A stretch of DNA of 64,000 nucleotides from Octopus bimaculoides (taxonomy: Eukaryota). The notes under the pieces were generated by a model, which was not told the DNA's origin, did no database searches, and was given only the letters and a program-made list of their open reading frames with translations. Below, in pieces: positions 12,602 through 25,399 of this stretch. The translations under genes were made by a program, and so were the position numbers. Location of the stretch: NCBI RefSeq assembly GCF_001194135.2, contig NC_069005.1:21603475-21667474 (forward strand), given 5' to 3'. The first letter of the stretch is position 1; each line of letters begins with the position of its first letter.

Positions 12602-12953
12602 AAATGGTAGATCGCAGAATTGGGAAAGAGGTAAGCACTGGTTAAAATGCTTTGTGGTATTTGTTTTGTCTTTTTATGTTCTGAGTTCAAATCCCATCTA
12701 AGTTAATATTTGCCTTTCATCCTTTTATGGCTGCTATGATATAAATACCAGTCAAATGCTAGGAATGATTTAATCAAATCTATTCTAATTTCCACCTAAA
12801 TCTGTGAACATATGTTAGAAATAGTGGTAATAGTAGTAGTTATTATCAGAATGGCGGAATTGGTAGCAATAGTAGAAGACGAATGGCTTGTGGGTCAGAG
12901 GCTGTAGTGTGAGGTCACATTCTTTTATTGTTCATCTTGTCTCTCATACTCAC

Positions 12954-13012
12954 CATCATGTTTTTTTCCTTTTATTTTCTAGTGGTTCTTGCAGGGGTGA
13001 AGTAGAAATATC
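12954..13012 (-). CDS. Putative minus-strand gene, exon 4 (59-nt form, or 25-nt form 12954-12978 = KIKGKKHD)
   Basis: Strong donor gatg|gtgagt; acceptor tatcttacag at 13013 or cactag at 12979. The 59-nt form has stops in all frames as assembled; the 25-nt form joins both neighbours in frame. Confidence 0.45.
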
Positions 13013-14622
13013 CTGTAAGATACTTTGTCTAATTTCGAGTAATTAAAGTTAAGCAATTATCCTCCTCCTCTTCATCATCACCATCATAATCCTTTCTACT
13101 ATAGTCTCAATGCTTTAAATTTGGGGCAGGGGCTAGTCAATTACATTGATGCCAGTGCTCAACTGGTACTTATTTCATCGACTCCAAAAGGATAGAAGGC
13201 AAAATTGACTTCAGCAGAATTTGAACTCAGAACATAGAGACAGACATTTCGACCAGTGTACTTACAACTTTGCCAGCTTGCCCTAAATAATAATAATTAT
13301 AATAATAATAATGGTTCCAAGTTTTGGCACAAGGCCAGCAATTTCAGGGGAGGGCTAAGTCAATTACATTGACCCCAGAGTTCAACTGGTACTTATTTTA
13401 TCGACCCTGAAGAGACGAAAGGTGAAGTCGACTNNNNNNNNNNNNNNNNNNNNNNNNNNNNNNNNNNNNNNNNNNNNNNNNNNNNNNNNNNNNNNNNNNN
13501 NNNNNNNNNNNNNNNNNNNNNNNNNNNNNNNNNNNNNNNNNNNNNNNNNNNNNNNNNNNNNNNNNNNNNNNNNNNNNNNNNNNNNNNNNNNNNNNNNNNN
13601 NNNNNNNNNNNNNNNNNNNNNNNNNNNNNNNNNNNNNNNNNNNNNNNNNNNNNNNNNNNNNNNNNNNNNNNNNNNNNNNNNNNNNNNNNNNNNNNNNNNN
13701 NNNNNNNNNNNNNNNNNNNNNNNNNNNNNNNNNNNNNNNNNNNNNNNNNNNNNNNNNNNNNNNNNNNNNNNNNNNNNNNNNNNNNNNNNNNNNNNNNNNN
13801 NNNNNNNNNNNNNNNNNNNNNNNNNNNNNNNNNNNNNNNNNNNNNNNNNNNNNNNNNNNNNNNNNNNNNNNNNNNNNNNNNNNNNNNNNNNNNNNNNNNN
13901 NNNNNNNNNNNNNNNNNNNNNNNNNNNNNNNNNNNNNNNNNNNNNNNNNNNNNNNNNNNNNNNNNNNNNNNNNNNNNNNNNNNNNNNNNNNNNNNNNNNN
14001 NNNNNNNNNNNNNNNNNNNNNNNNNNCAATTTCAGGGGAGGGCTAAGTCAATTACATTGACCCCAGAGTTCAACTGGTACTTATTTTATCGACCCTGAAG
14101 AGACGAAAGGTGAAGTCGACTTCATTGGAATTTGAACTCGGAACATAAAGACAGACAAAATGCTGTTAGGCATTTTGCCTGGTATGCTAATGATTCTGCC
14201 AGCTCGCTGCCTTAATAAATAATAGTAATGATAATCCTATAGGCAAAAATCTGAAATTGTGGGGTTGTGAGGTGAGGTGGGGGGACTAGTTTATTACATC
14301 GAGCCCAGTTCATAACTGGTACTTATTTCATCAACCCTGAAAGGATGAAAGGCAAAGTCGACCTTGGTGGAATTTGAACTCAGAATCGTAGCGACAGGCA
14401 AAATACTGCTAAGTATTTTAGAAATGAGTTGCGATGTCACAGGTGCCAAGCTGTCTCGGCCTTTGCCTTTCCCTTGGATAACACTGGTAGCATGGAGAGG
14501 GGAGGCCGGTATGCATGGGTGACTGCTGGTCTTCCATAAACAACCTTGCCTGGACTTGTGCCTGGGAGGGTAACTTTCTCGGTGCAATCCCATGGTCAGT
14601 CATGACCGAAGGAGGTCTCAGC

Positions 14623-14678
<56 letters not shown>

Positions 14679-15523
14679 ATATATGATGGGATTCTTTCAG
14701 TTTCTGTCTACCAAATCTGCTTTGCTTGGCTTGAAGCTATAACAGAAGACACTTACCTAAGGTGCCATGCAGTGGAACTGAACCTGGAATCATGTGGTTG
14801 GGAAGCAAGCTTCTTACCACACAGTCACTGTTTTTGCCTTTCAGAGTTGATAAGATAGTTATTAGTCCAACACTGGGGTCGATGTAATAATCTCACCCAT
14901 GTAAAACTGCTGGATGTAGTAATATGGAGTCTTTTGAGTAGTCAAATATGAATCTTTAGGGCATTGAGCAGTTGTGACATTCATGCATAATGTGTCAAAG
15001 TCATAGCTGCAACAGGGTTCAAATCCAGATGAAGTTTTATTTTAACATTTATTCTCCCAGGCTCAGCAAAACAAACAACAACTGTAAGTACTGGGGTTGA
15101 TAAAATTGACTGCATCTCTCCCAAAAATGCATACAGTCTTGTGGTAAAGTTAAAAAAAAAATCTTCATCTTCATCATCAACTTTATTATTATCATTATTA
15201 GTTGCTATTTGTTACCAAACAATGTAGCAGCTGTTTATTTTAGTAAAATTTTATTTCTGTCCTAAACTATAACACGTTTTAGCAAATGTCTCTCTCGACC
15301 AGCTGTTTTATATCAAATTCGCTTTTATTTATGACCTGACCTTCTTTGTTGGACATTGTGACAGTGTTTTAATTTTGGATAATTACATTCATTATATAAA
15401 CATATTTATTTTTGATCTTTAATATCAAATCAAACTGAAAACTGATGTTGACCCAGTAAATTTTTTTCCATTTCTACCAAACGAGTTTAGCAAATTTTCC
15501 ACTGTTTATATATGTGTAATACA

Positions 15524-15555
<32 letters not shown>

Positions 15556-15700
15556 TTTCATCATCATTATTTTAATTTCCTTTTTCCCTACTGGCATATG
15601 TACATCCATACACACACTTACAGGTAGATACACACATAGATTGTTCTTAACATCATTTAAATTTATTTTTTGCTTTCATATAAGCAATATGTCTAAGTAC

Positions 15701-15754
15701 CATATTTTTGGGACATCCCAAGTGCAGTGATTTTCTCTTCAATGTCGTTTGTAG
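15701..15754 (-). CDS. Putative minus-strand gene, exon 3: LQTTLKRKSLHLGCPKNM
   Basis: Follows a 76-nt intron ending ccatcttaag; donor gtactt; phase 0-0. Boundaries uncertain. Confidence 0.4.
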
Positions 15755-15830
15755 CTTAAGATGGAATTTGGAAGTAATTCTCAATAATTTTTCAGACAAA
15801 AATAAAGAAATGTTTTTAATAAGTATAAAC

Positions 15831-15888
15831 CCTTTTCTTCTTTTCCTCATTGTTAATTAATGACCTTATCAATGTTTTTTTATGTAAG
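15831..15888 (-). CDS. Putative minus-strand gene, exon 2: (S)LHKKTLIRSLINNEEKKKR
   Basis: Acceptor tcttgctttctag; open only in the frame set by exon 1; weak donor agg|gtttat. Confidence 0.45.
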
Positions 15889-15951
15889 CTAGAAAGCAAG
15901 ATTTATATTTTCATACATACATACATACATACATACATACATAAATGTAAG

Positions 15952-15988
<37 letters not shown>

Positions 15989-16139
15989 TTTGATCACAAT
16001 TTAACATTAAGAATGTTAAGGTTTGTAAATAACATAAATATTTCAGTATCATCATTTTACATCAGCTTTTCCATACTGATATGGTTTCAACACACACGCA
16101 TACACACATACACACCAGTATTGTATCTAACTTCATTGA

Positions 16140-17400
16140 ATACTCGTCTGTCTGTGTGTGTTGTATTGTAGTGTTATCTTGTTTTGGATCTTGTGGCAAA
16201 TAAAGAAAGACCGTCATCGTTTCATAGATTTATTATTTGAATATTTGTCATTTATGGAAGAAAATTTGACGAACATATTCTGCATTTTCATTTTGTAGCC
16301 ATTTTTGTCTTGTCTTTACATTATATAAGCAAATTTTTAATGAAACATTTTGAAAGAAAATATATTATAAAGGTTTTATTTATGAAATTAATCCTTCTTC
16401 CACTAACAATAGAAAGTAAGTAGAAATATAAAGGACATTTAATCACTCAAAAAGTGTACATGCATATCTGTATATACATATGTGTGCGTCCTATTGAATA
16501 CGTGCATATGTTTCATGCTGCTTCGTAGCATTTTAATGTTTAATGGCTGGCTTTTGCGGAAGAATTTTTTTAGTAAAATATGTCCGTTTTGAAAACAGTT
16601 GTATTGAAAACGAAATTCTTCTAGAAAAATCAGATCATATATTTAGCTGATGTATATGGTTTTTGTTGGCTTCTGTTTGTGATTTTTTACGCACCTCCTA
16701 ACACCACACCCACACACATATACACACTTACACACACACAAATACTTACATACACACTTAAATACACACACATATGCATATGTATGTATGTATGTATAAT
16801 GGACTAAAAATACGAATCATCTTTAACTTCGGCCATTTTGAATAATAATTTCCCTTTTCCAAAGATACAATCCGCGTCTGATGATGACGGTGTTTGTTTT
16901 GCGTCAATTCTCCTGCTTATCTAATCTACCACGGAGTCTTTTGTTATACCATTCCTCTTTTAACAAGAAAATAAAACAAAAATGGAAATCCAGAAAACGG
17001 AATTCTTTTTGCAATATTCTTTATTTGTTTGTGTATAAACATAATGCTATCTGATTATCGCTTTCTTCCTACTCTCTCTCTCTCTCTCTCTCTCCTCTCT
17101 CTGTCTCTTTCTCTCTCTCCTCTGCTCTCTGTCTCTTTCTCTCTTGTTCTCTTTCTCTCCCTCTCTGTTGTTCTATCTATATTTTATTCTACCTTTAACC
17201 ATCTTGTATGTTATTTTCTTTTCCGTCATTTCTTCATCAATTTCTTTCGCATTTTCATTTAAACATATTCGTTCTGTCTCTTCTCTGCTTCATTTCTGTG
17301 TGTATGTATGTGTGTGCATGCGCGTGCACAAGATGAGAACATATTTCCTGGTGCAAGGCAGAGAGAGCAGCCGAGAATGTAACAAGTGCAATCTTAATGG
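16140..17400. promoter_or_regulatory. CpG-retaining block, probable (bidirectional) promoter
   Basis: About 25 CpGs by hand count in ~1.26 kb of unique sequence versus about 5 in 20300-21600; contains the minus-gene ATG within a YY1-like AAAATGGC motif. Confidence 0.5.
16814..16836 (-). CDS. Putative minus-strand gene, exon 1: MAEVKDD + 2 nt
   Basis: caaaATGG start context inside a CpG-rich block; donor gtattt; phase 2 fits the next exon. Confidence 0.55.
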
Positions 17401-19908
17401 CTGTATGTTCAATTTCTGCCTTTCTCACTCAATGATTTTTCTCCTTTTTCATCTATATTTATCTCTTGTCTAACACACACACACACACGCACACACACAC
17501 ACACAGAGTCTCTCCTTTTCTCTCTGTCTCTTTCACACAGACATATGTTAAATACTCAAATGCACTTAGGCATCATTATCTTTTCTTTCTCTCTCTCTCC
17601 TTCTCTCCCCCCCTCTCTCTCTCTCTTTCTATGCACACACAAGTGTTCTTTTCTGACTATATAAGTAATATATGTTTTCCAATGATAGAGTATGTTTGTG
17701 TTCTTTTATCTCCCTTTCGAATGGAGACTGTGGCCCCTCCCTATTACAGCTTGCAACACATTCTATCACCTACTGATGAAATACTAGAGATCTTAAAGGT
17801 GATGAGTTTAGTGATTTAATTACAAAAAACCTTCATTAGATTCCTTGAGTGATTAAAGCATATATATATAAGCTAAACATTCAAACACTGAGATTTGAAA
17901 CAAATAAAATATATATATATATATATTTTATTTGTTTCAGTCATTTGACTGTGGCCATGCTGGAACATCGCCTTAAAGGGTTTTAAGTCAAAGAAATCGG
18001 CCCCAAGGACTTATTCTTTGTAAGCCGTAGTACTTATTCTGTTGGCCTGTTTTGCTGAACCACCAAGTTACGGGGCCGTAAACACACCAACATCAATTGT
18101 CAAGCGATGGTGGGTGGGGGGACAAACACAGACACAAAGACACACACATAAATATATGCATACACACACACACACACACATATATACAACAGGCTTCTTT
18201 CAATTTTCTTCAATCAAATCTACTAACAAGGCTTTGATCAGCCCCAGCCTATAGTTGAAGACAGTTGCCCGAGGTGCCACGCAGTGGGACTGAACTTGAA
18301 ACCATGTGGTTAGGAAGCAAGCTTTTTGCTACACTGCTATGCCTGCACTTACATACACACACACATGAAACATTAACTGAATGATTTTTTTACAGATGGC
18401 CATATATTTCATTACTTACAAGCTTGTCAAACAAATCCATCCATTTATCCATCTAGAGAGAGAGAGAGAGACAGAGACAGAGAGAGAGACAGAGAGAGAG
18501 ACAGAGACAGAGACATACACATGCAAGCATAACAGTTTGTAAACATAAGAAAAATAGTATCCAATACATGGTTTATAGTTGGGTTGCCTATATATTTAAA
18601 TTGCGGATTTGACTGTTACTCAAGTTTCATGCTCTCTATGTATATATGAGTGTGTGGCAGGGTTGTGCATGTGTAAAACTGAACCTCTGTGTGTGTGTAT
18701 GTGTGTGTGTATTTGTTGTCCATTGTGTAAACACATTCTGACTTCTTGACCTGTTGCACAATCTTTGTAATCAAAAAGTGCTGCCAAGTGGTGCTGTTTG
18801 TTTCAGTACTCTGCGCAACCCTGTCCAAGGTCTGTGTTGTTTTCATAAAAGCAGTGCTCGTTGACTTTTATAGGGGTCTCTGAAACTGGGTTGGAGGCAG
18901 GAAGATAGCTGCAAACTGGAGACCTGCCCTGAAACTTTGCAATAGAGTGGACTGTGCTGAAAGTACCCAGGGTGTTGGGTGACAGATTTTATTGCACTTA
19001 GTACTTGGGAGTCAAATTTGTTTCATAAAAAATAGTGCAAATTTAAAAAGGAATAGATTATGCTAGAATGTAGCCCAAAATGAAAATTTTGCAAGTAGAT
19101 TATATATATATATATATATATGTATGTATATAGTCAATTCAGATAAATGAATTATAAAATTAATGGATAACAAGAGGGTGTGCACAAGGAATGTATTAAC
19201 TTGATGCTCAGTAGCTTTTNNNNNNNNNNNNNNNNNNNNNNNNNNNNNNNNNNNNNNNNNNNNNNNNNNNNNNNNNNNNNNNNNNNNNNNNNNNNNNNNN
19301 NNNNNNNNNNNNNNNNNNNNNNNNNNNNNNNNNNNNNNNNNNNNNNNNNNNNNNNNNNNNNNNNNNNNNNNNNNNNNNNNNNNNNNNNNNNNNNNNNNNN
19401 NNNNNNNNNNNNNNNNNNNNNNNNNNNNNNNNNNNNNNNNNNNNNNNNNNNNNNNNNNNNNNNNNNNNNNNNNNNNNNNNNNNNNNNNNNNNNNNNNNNN
19501 NNNNNNNNNNNNNNNNNNNNNNNNNNNNNNNNNNNNNNNNNNNNNNNNNNNNNNNNNNNNNNNNNNNNNNNNNNNNNNNNNNNNNNNNNNNNNNNNNNNN
19601 NNNNNNNNNNNNNNNNNNNNNNNNNNNNNNNNNNNNNNNNNNNNNNNNNNNNNNNNNNNNNNNNNNNNNNNNNNNNNNNNNNNNNNNNNNNNNNNNNNNN
19701 NNNNNNNNNNNNNNNNNNNNNNNNNNNNNNNNNNNNNNNNNNNNNNNNNNNNNNNNNNNNNNNNNNNNNNNNNNNNNNNNNNNNNNNNNNNNNNNNNNNN
19801 NNNNNNNNNNNNNNNNNNNNNNNNNNNNNNNNNNNNNNNNNNNNNNNNNNNNNNNNNNNNNNNNNNNNNNNNNNNNNNNNNNNNNATATATATATATATA
19901 TATATATA

Positions 19909-20286
19909 CAGTGATACCTTGCAGTATGAGTTCAATTCATTCCATGACTGAGCTCGTCTTACGATTTACTTGTTTTACGAATCAATTTTCTCCATTGAAA
20001 TTAACTAAAATATAATTAATCCATTCCAGTGCCACGCCACCAACTACTCGAAAATAATTTTTTATGGGTTTTAAAACAGAAAAGGTGTAGTTACAAGTAA
20101 AACGAAAATTATAACAAAAAGAATGCAAAAGAAATATGTTAAACTGGTTTTATTAACTGAATTACCTTAAAGATTTGTGTGCTCATACTGTGGATTTCCG
20201 CTCGTACTTCAAGACAAAAATTTGCACACGTCTCAGCTCATGCAGCATATTACTCGTAAATGGGGCACTCGTACTGCAGGATTCTG
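19909..20286. mobile_element. Possible pogo/Tigger-like non-autonomous element
   Basis: Imperfect TIRs (cagtgataccttgcagtatgag vs cagaatcctgcagtacgag), TA-rich flanks, internal ctcgta repeats. Confidence 0.45.
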
Positions 20287-20842
20287 TTATATATGAATTT
20301 TAGGAGTGATCTAATTTACTTATTGTTTTAATTAAATATAATATTCAATGGAATTTACCTTTAAATATTAAAAATAACAAGGAACTCAGGTTAAAGAAGA
20401 AAAAATTTTTACTACGCAATAGTTCACCCTCAGTATTGTTTTTTTTTCTTTTTCAGTTATTCATGGAATAAACTAGTCATCAATACTTTTGACTGTGTAG
20501 ATGCAAGTGTGTGTGTGCACTGAGAATTATCTCTGCTATGTTGCACCTGAAACCATTGTGTAAATCTTGAAGCTTACTATGTTAGAAGTTTAACTCTTTT
20601 GTTATGAAATTTCTATTGAAATACACAACCTTTGTTCCAATTAATTTTGAAGATAATGAAGAATTTAGTAAAATAACTTTGTCATTACGAAGCAGGTATT
20701 AAGGACATAAATTAGCACAAATTCAAGATAGCTGGTTTTAATTTAAATCACTTAATTTATACGACTTATAATTTAGATCACAGATGTTTATATCACAGGA
20801 CCAAACATGGTCTCAGGTGGGTTGATATCAAAAGGACTAAAC

Positions 20843-21162
20843 CAGGGCTTCTCAACCAATTTTCTTTTTATCTATGAATCCCTTTGATTACTATTTTATT
20901 CTGGTGGACCCCCTTAGCCATTCTATGTTTAAAAACTAATTTTATAGAAAGTTCTTTCAAAATATATATTCACCCATTAACTTGTGTGGGTTGAACTATG
21001 TAAAATGTTTGAGAAAGAAGCCTAGCTGTTTCTTGCAATACATACATCTAAAACAAAATTATTTTAGGGGCCCTTGAAATACTATTGTGGTGGATCCCCA
21101 ATTTACTATTTTGTTGCATGGACCCCACAAAATCTTATATGGACCCCAGTTGAGAACCACTG
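20843..21162. mobile_element. hAT (Charlie-like) MITE, 320 bp
   Basis: 14-bp TIRs cagggcttctcaac / cagtggttctcaac; perfect 8-bp TSD GACTAAAC at 20835-20842 and 21163-21170. Confidence 0.88.
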
Positions 21163-24020
21163 GACTAAACCACAGCATTTATTTGGCTTTTCTCTTTTTT
21201 ACTTATTGTTCTGTGTCTATTCTCTCTGATAGTTGAACTTGTAGCAAATTTTAAAGATGGGATAGTTTTGTTTGAGAGATCTATTTGTGTATGTGTTTGT
21301 GTGTTTAACCCTGTAGCCTTTGAACCAGCCATATCCAGCCTAAATATGTTACCTGTTTTATGTTTCTAACCAGCCACATCCTGCTTAAATATGTTATCTG
21401 TTTTATGTACTAACCAGCAAGGTCTAGCCTATGACACTTGCCCTTCAATGCCATTTTAAAATATACAATCATATCAACAAAATTTCGAAGCTACAAAATA
21501 ATGCATGATTAATTAAAAAGCAATGTGAATGAAAATGCGTTACATTTGATAGAATAATCTGAATGCCAAAGGGTTAACTGAAAATTAGAACTGAAGCTTT
21601 TGTTCCTAACTAGACTGTTTTGTGTATGCTCTCCTGCATGCAAACAAACATACACGTGCATACTAGATATACTTCAGAGTATGTTATTAATTCATATGTA
21701 GTCTTTCTGAATTTATTTTACATTTTCTTCTCAGAAATAATATTGCTCTTTGTGAATATAGTATTTATTCATTAATATTTTCTCCTTTTAAAAACAGTAC
21801 ATTGTTATTTAAATGTAATTTATTTCATAAACACCACCTCCATACAGCTCTGATTTATTCTTTCTAATGTTCAGTATCCTCTGTTCCACCATTCATGGAA
21901 TTAATAACAATAATAATCCCTTCTACAATAGACCCAAAGCCTAAAATTTATAGGGATCGAGTTGATTGCATTGACTAACTTACCACCTTAATAATAATAA
22001 TAATAATAATAATAATCATTTAATGTCTATTTTTACATGCTGGCATCAGTTGGATGGTTTGACAAGAGCTGGCAAGATACCATGCAGTGGATTTGAACCT
22101 AGGGCCTTGTAATAGCAAAGTGAATTATTTGTCATTGTTGTATACACATATAGTACACTTCTGATAATTTATTCAATCTTAGATCATGAGTGAAGGTGTA
22201 GAGAAGGCTTTTCATGGCCCTTTTAATGTCTTATTTCAAATAGTTGAGAACTTGTGTGGAGCTATGAGCATTGCTCCACTGTTGCAAAGAATTTCCTGAC
22301 TAAAACTCTTTTCTGTCCTCAAATATGAATATTGAATGGATCATGAGTTTTTGAGCAGATCATGCGTGAGGGCAAGACTTCATAAAATTTTTCAAATCAA
22401 ATAGCATGCAAGGACCAGCATAGCTGTAAGGCTAACTTGTTGGCTTTGTAGCCATGTGGTTTTAGGTTAGGTTAGACCTTTCTGCCTGGTTTCTTGGATA
22501 AGTGTGTTGTAGCATAGCCTTGGGTTGACTGATACCTTGTGACTGGAACTTGGTAGACAGATATTGTGTGGAAGCTCATTATATGTGTGTATATCATAAT
22601 CAGAATCATTTTAGTGTCTGCTTTTCTATGCTTGCGTGAGTCGGGTGGAATTTATTGTGGGAGATGTCCTATGGTCAGATGCCCTTCATGTTGCCTTTCT
22701 TCACCTGTTTCCAAGTAAGGTAATATTTTCTCAAAGCCAGCTATATTTTTTGTGGAAGATTGGAAACAAAGGATAGTGACTCTTATTGACGATATTAAGA
22801 CAAGGAGACACTAACACACATCCACACACATACACACACATGATGATCTCCTTTCTGTTTCCATCTACAAAATCCTCTCACAAGACTTTGGACAGCCTGA
22901 GGCTGTAGTAGAAGAAACTTGCCCAAAGCACTATACAATGGAACTGAATCTGAAAATATGCAGTTGGGAAGCTACTTTCCTTAACCTCACATTCACACCT
23001 GTACCTGTGTGCACACGCACACACATGCACACACATGCACACACGACGGCGAGCTGGCAGAAACGTTAGCACGCTGGGCGAAATGCTTAGCGGTATTTCG
23101 TCTGCTGCTACGTTCTGAGTTCAAATTCCGCCGAGGTTGACTTTGCCTTTCATCCTTTCGGGGTCGATTAAATAAGTACCAGTTACGCACTGGGGTCGGT
23201 ATAATCGACTTAATCCGTTTGTCTGTCCTTGTTTGTCCCCTCTGTGTGTAGCCCCTTGTGGGTAGTAAAGAAATAACACACATGCACACACACACACACA
23301 GTATTTGAGATAAACTTTGCCTTTGGTTGTTTTGGGAGAGTCCTTATGCCTTCTGGTTGTGTCTTGCGAGAGTCCTTATGCCTTTCATCCCTTCAGCTTA
23401 ATAAATAAAGTACCAGTGAATTACTGGGTCATTTTTTTTCTTCCTGTCTGTCTGTCTCCCTCTCTTTCTGAGGAAGGAATTGGCTGTGATCAAACTTAAA
23501 GAGGATTGGACTTTGCTGAGTTTAGATGCTCAAGACCTCTAATGTAATAGTAGCACCATTAGGTGGGGGAAGGTTCTTGTATTTGTGTTTGTCCCCACCT
23601 ATCACTACTTGACAACCTGTGTTGGTTTATTTATCTCCCCATAACGTAGCAGTTCAAGAAATGGATACCAAATAAGTACTAGACTTTAAAAAAATAAGTA
23701 CCAGAGTACAAGGTAGAGCTCCAGTATGAACACAAGTCTAAAGACTGAAACAAGTCAAACATGGAAAACTAATGTAAGACTTCTAATCCTAGAATTATTT
23801 GACTGCGGTGGTATTGTAGAAGGTATATCTGGGTATGTAGCATAAATAGAAGGCTGTCTTAGGTATTGTCTGTTATCTCATATGGTACCTCCTTCTTCTG
23901 ACCTTAACTGATCCACATTGGAACTGCTTGTACTTTGTGTCTCTGTGAAGGTTGAAAGATTATGCAACCATAGAGTTCATTTCACTGTGTATGTAAGTGT
24001 TTTGTGTGTGTGTCTGTCTG

Positions 24021-24070
<50 letters not shown>

Positions 24071-24971
24071 NNNNNNNNNNNNNNNNNNNNNNNNNNNNNN
24101 NNNNNNNNNNNNNNNNNNNNNNNNNNNNNNNNNNNNNNNNNNNNNNNNNNNNNNNNNNNNNNNNNNNNNNNNNNNNNNNNNNNNNNNNNNNNNNNNNNNN
24201 NNNNNNNNNNNNNNNNNNNNNNNNNNNNNNNNNNNNNNNNNNNNNNNNNNNNNNNNNNNNNNNNNNNNNNNNNNNNNNNNNNNNNNNNNNNNNNNNNNNN
24301 NNNNNNNNNNNNNNNNNNNNNNNNNNNNNNNNNNNNNNNNNNNNNNNNNNNNNNNNNNNNNNNNNNNNNNNNNNNNNNNNNNNNNNNNNNNNNNNNNNNN
24401 NNNNNNNNNNNNNNNNNNNNNNNNNNNNNNNNNNNNNNNNNNNNNNNNNNNNNNNNNNNNNNNNNNNNNNNNNNNNNNNNNNNNNNNNNNNNNNNNNNNN
24501 NNNNNNNNNNNNNNNNNNNNNNNNNNNNNNNNNNNNNNNNNNNNNNNNNNNNNNNNNNNNNNNNNNNNNNNNNNNNNNNNNNNNNNNNNNNNNNNNNNNN
24601 NNNNNNNNNNNNNNNNNNNNNNNNNNNNNNNNNNNNNNNNNNNNNNNNNNNNNNNNNNNNNNNNNNNNNNNNNNNNNNNNNNNNNNNNNNNNNNNNNNNN
24701 NNNNNNNNNNNNNNNNNNNNNNNNNNNNNNNNNNNNNNNNNNNNNNNNNNNNNNNNNNNNNNNNNNNNNNNNNNNNNNNNNNNNNNNNNNNNNNNNNNNN
24801 NNNNNNNNNNNNNNNNNNNNNNNNNNNNNNNNNNNNNNNNNNNNNNNNNNNNNNNNNNNNNNNNNNNNNNNNNNNNNNNNNNNNNNNNNNNNNNNNNNNN
24901 NNNNNNNNNNNNNNNNNNNNNNNNNNNNNNNNNNNNNNNNNNNNNNNNNNNNNNNNNNNNNNNNNNNNNNN

Positions 24972-25364
24972 ATATCATCATTTCTAAAAATAGATTTAAC
25001 ATCAATTCTAAAAATAGCCAAACACCTACTGCTGCCGTCCAAAGGAATTGGTATAAAAGACAGAAAACCAGCCAACTTATTACAGTCTGTTAAAGTCTGT
25101 CATACCGGCCATGACAAAGGGAAATAGCCCTGAAACTCGAGTCGCCTTTATATATATATATATTTATATTTATATATTTATATATTTGATCCTTTATATT
25201 GAACACTCAATATTTCATCTACATTCAATACTTTCTTTCATGGTGCCATCCATTTTAATTTTATTTTATTTTATATTGTATATTCCATATTCTATACCCC
25301 ACATTAGTTCTGCAGGAATATAAATAAAACATAAAAAACAGACAGTGTTGGAACTCTTTTAAGC

Positions 25365-25370
<6 letters not shown>
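24972..25370 (+). mobile_element. Family E repeat copy
   Basis: From ~25081 it is the reverse complement of 9856-10200, with extra 5' sequence next to an N-gap; ends in (TA)n. Confidence 0.65.
25107..25146 (+). ncRNA. Second copy of the same hammerhead-like motif with a G8A core change
   Basis: ggc-C-a-UGACAA-aggg(aaatag)ccct-GAAA-c(tcga)g-UC-gcc; differs from the 10145 copy by one base. Confidence 0.55.

Positions 25371-25399
<29 letters not shown>

Noticed and set aside
12954-13012. Rescue of exon 4 stops by A-to-I editing or selenocysteine
   Set aside because: Reading through TAG, TAA or TGA leaves phases incompatible with the flanking exons or creates another stop at the junction.
13339-14121. 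Identical 95-bp segments on both sides of gap 13434-14026
   Set aside because: Most likely overlapping contig ends (assembly artefact), not a biological duplication.
15653-15850. ORF MRKRRKGFILIK... as the start of the minus-strand gene
   Set aside because: Its 3' part is the exon 3 frame, but the ATG at 16836 with phase-compatible exon 2 explains the region better; not fully excluded.
17466-17819. 117-aa ORF with possible METVAPPYY... segment and an aag|gtgatg donor
   Set aside because: Mostly microsatellite-derived, no homology recognised, no compatible downstream exon found.
23918-25127. Long ORF-track entries spanning N-gaps (also near 5737-6358, 10599-11258, 13382-14060, 19063-19935, 33824-34923, 48484-48820, 49387-49809, 56164-56580, 63396-63794)
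   Set aside because: Open only because N codons and (TA)n contain no stops.
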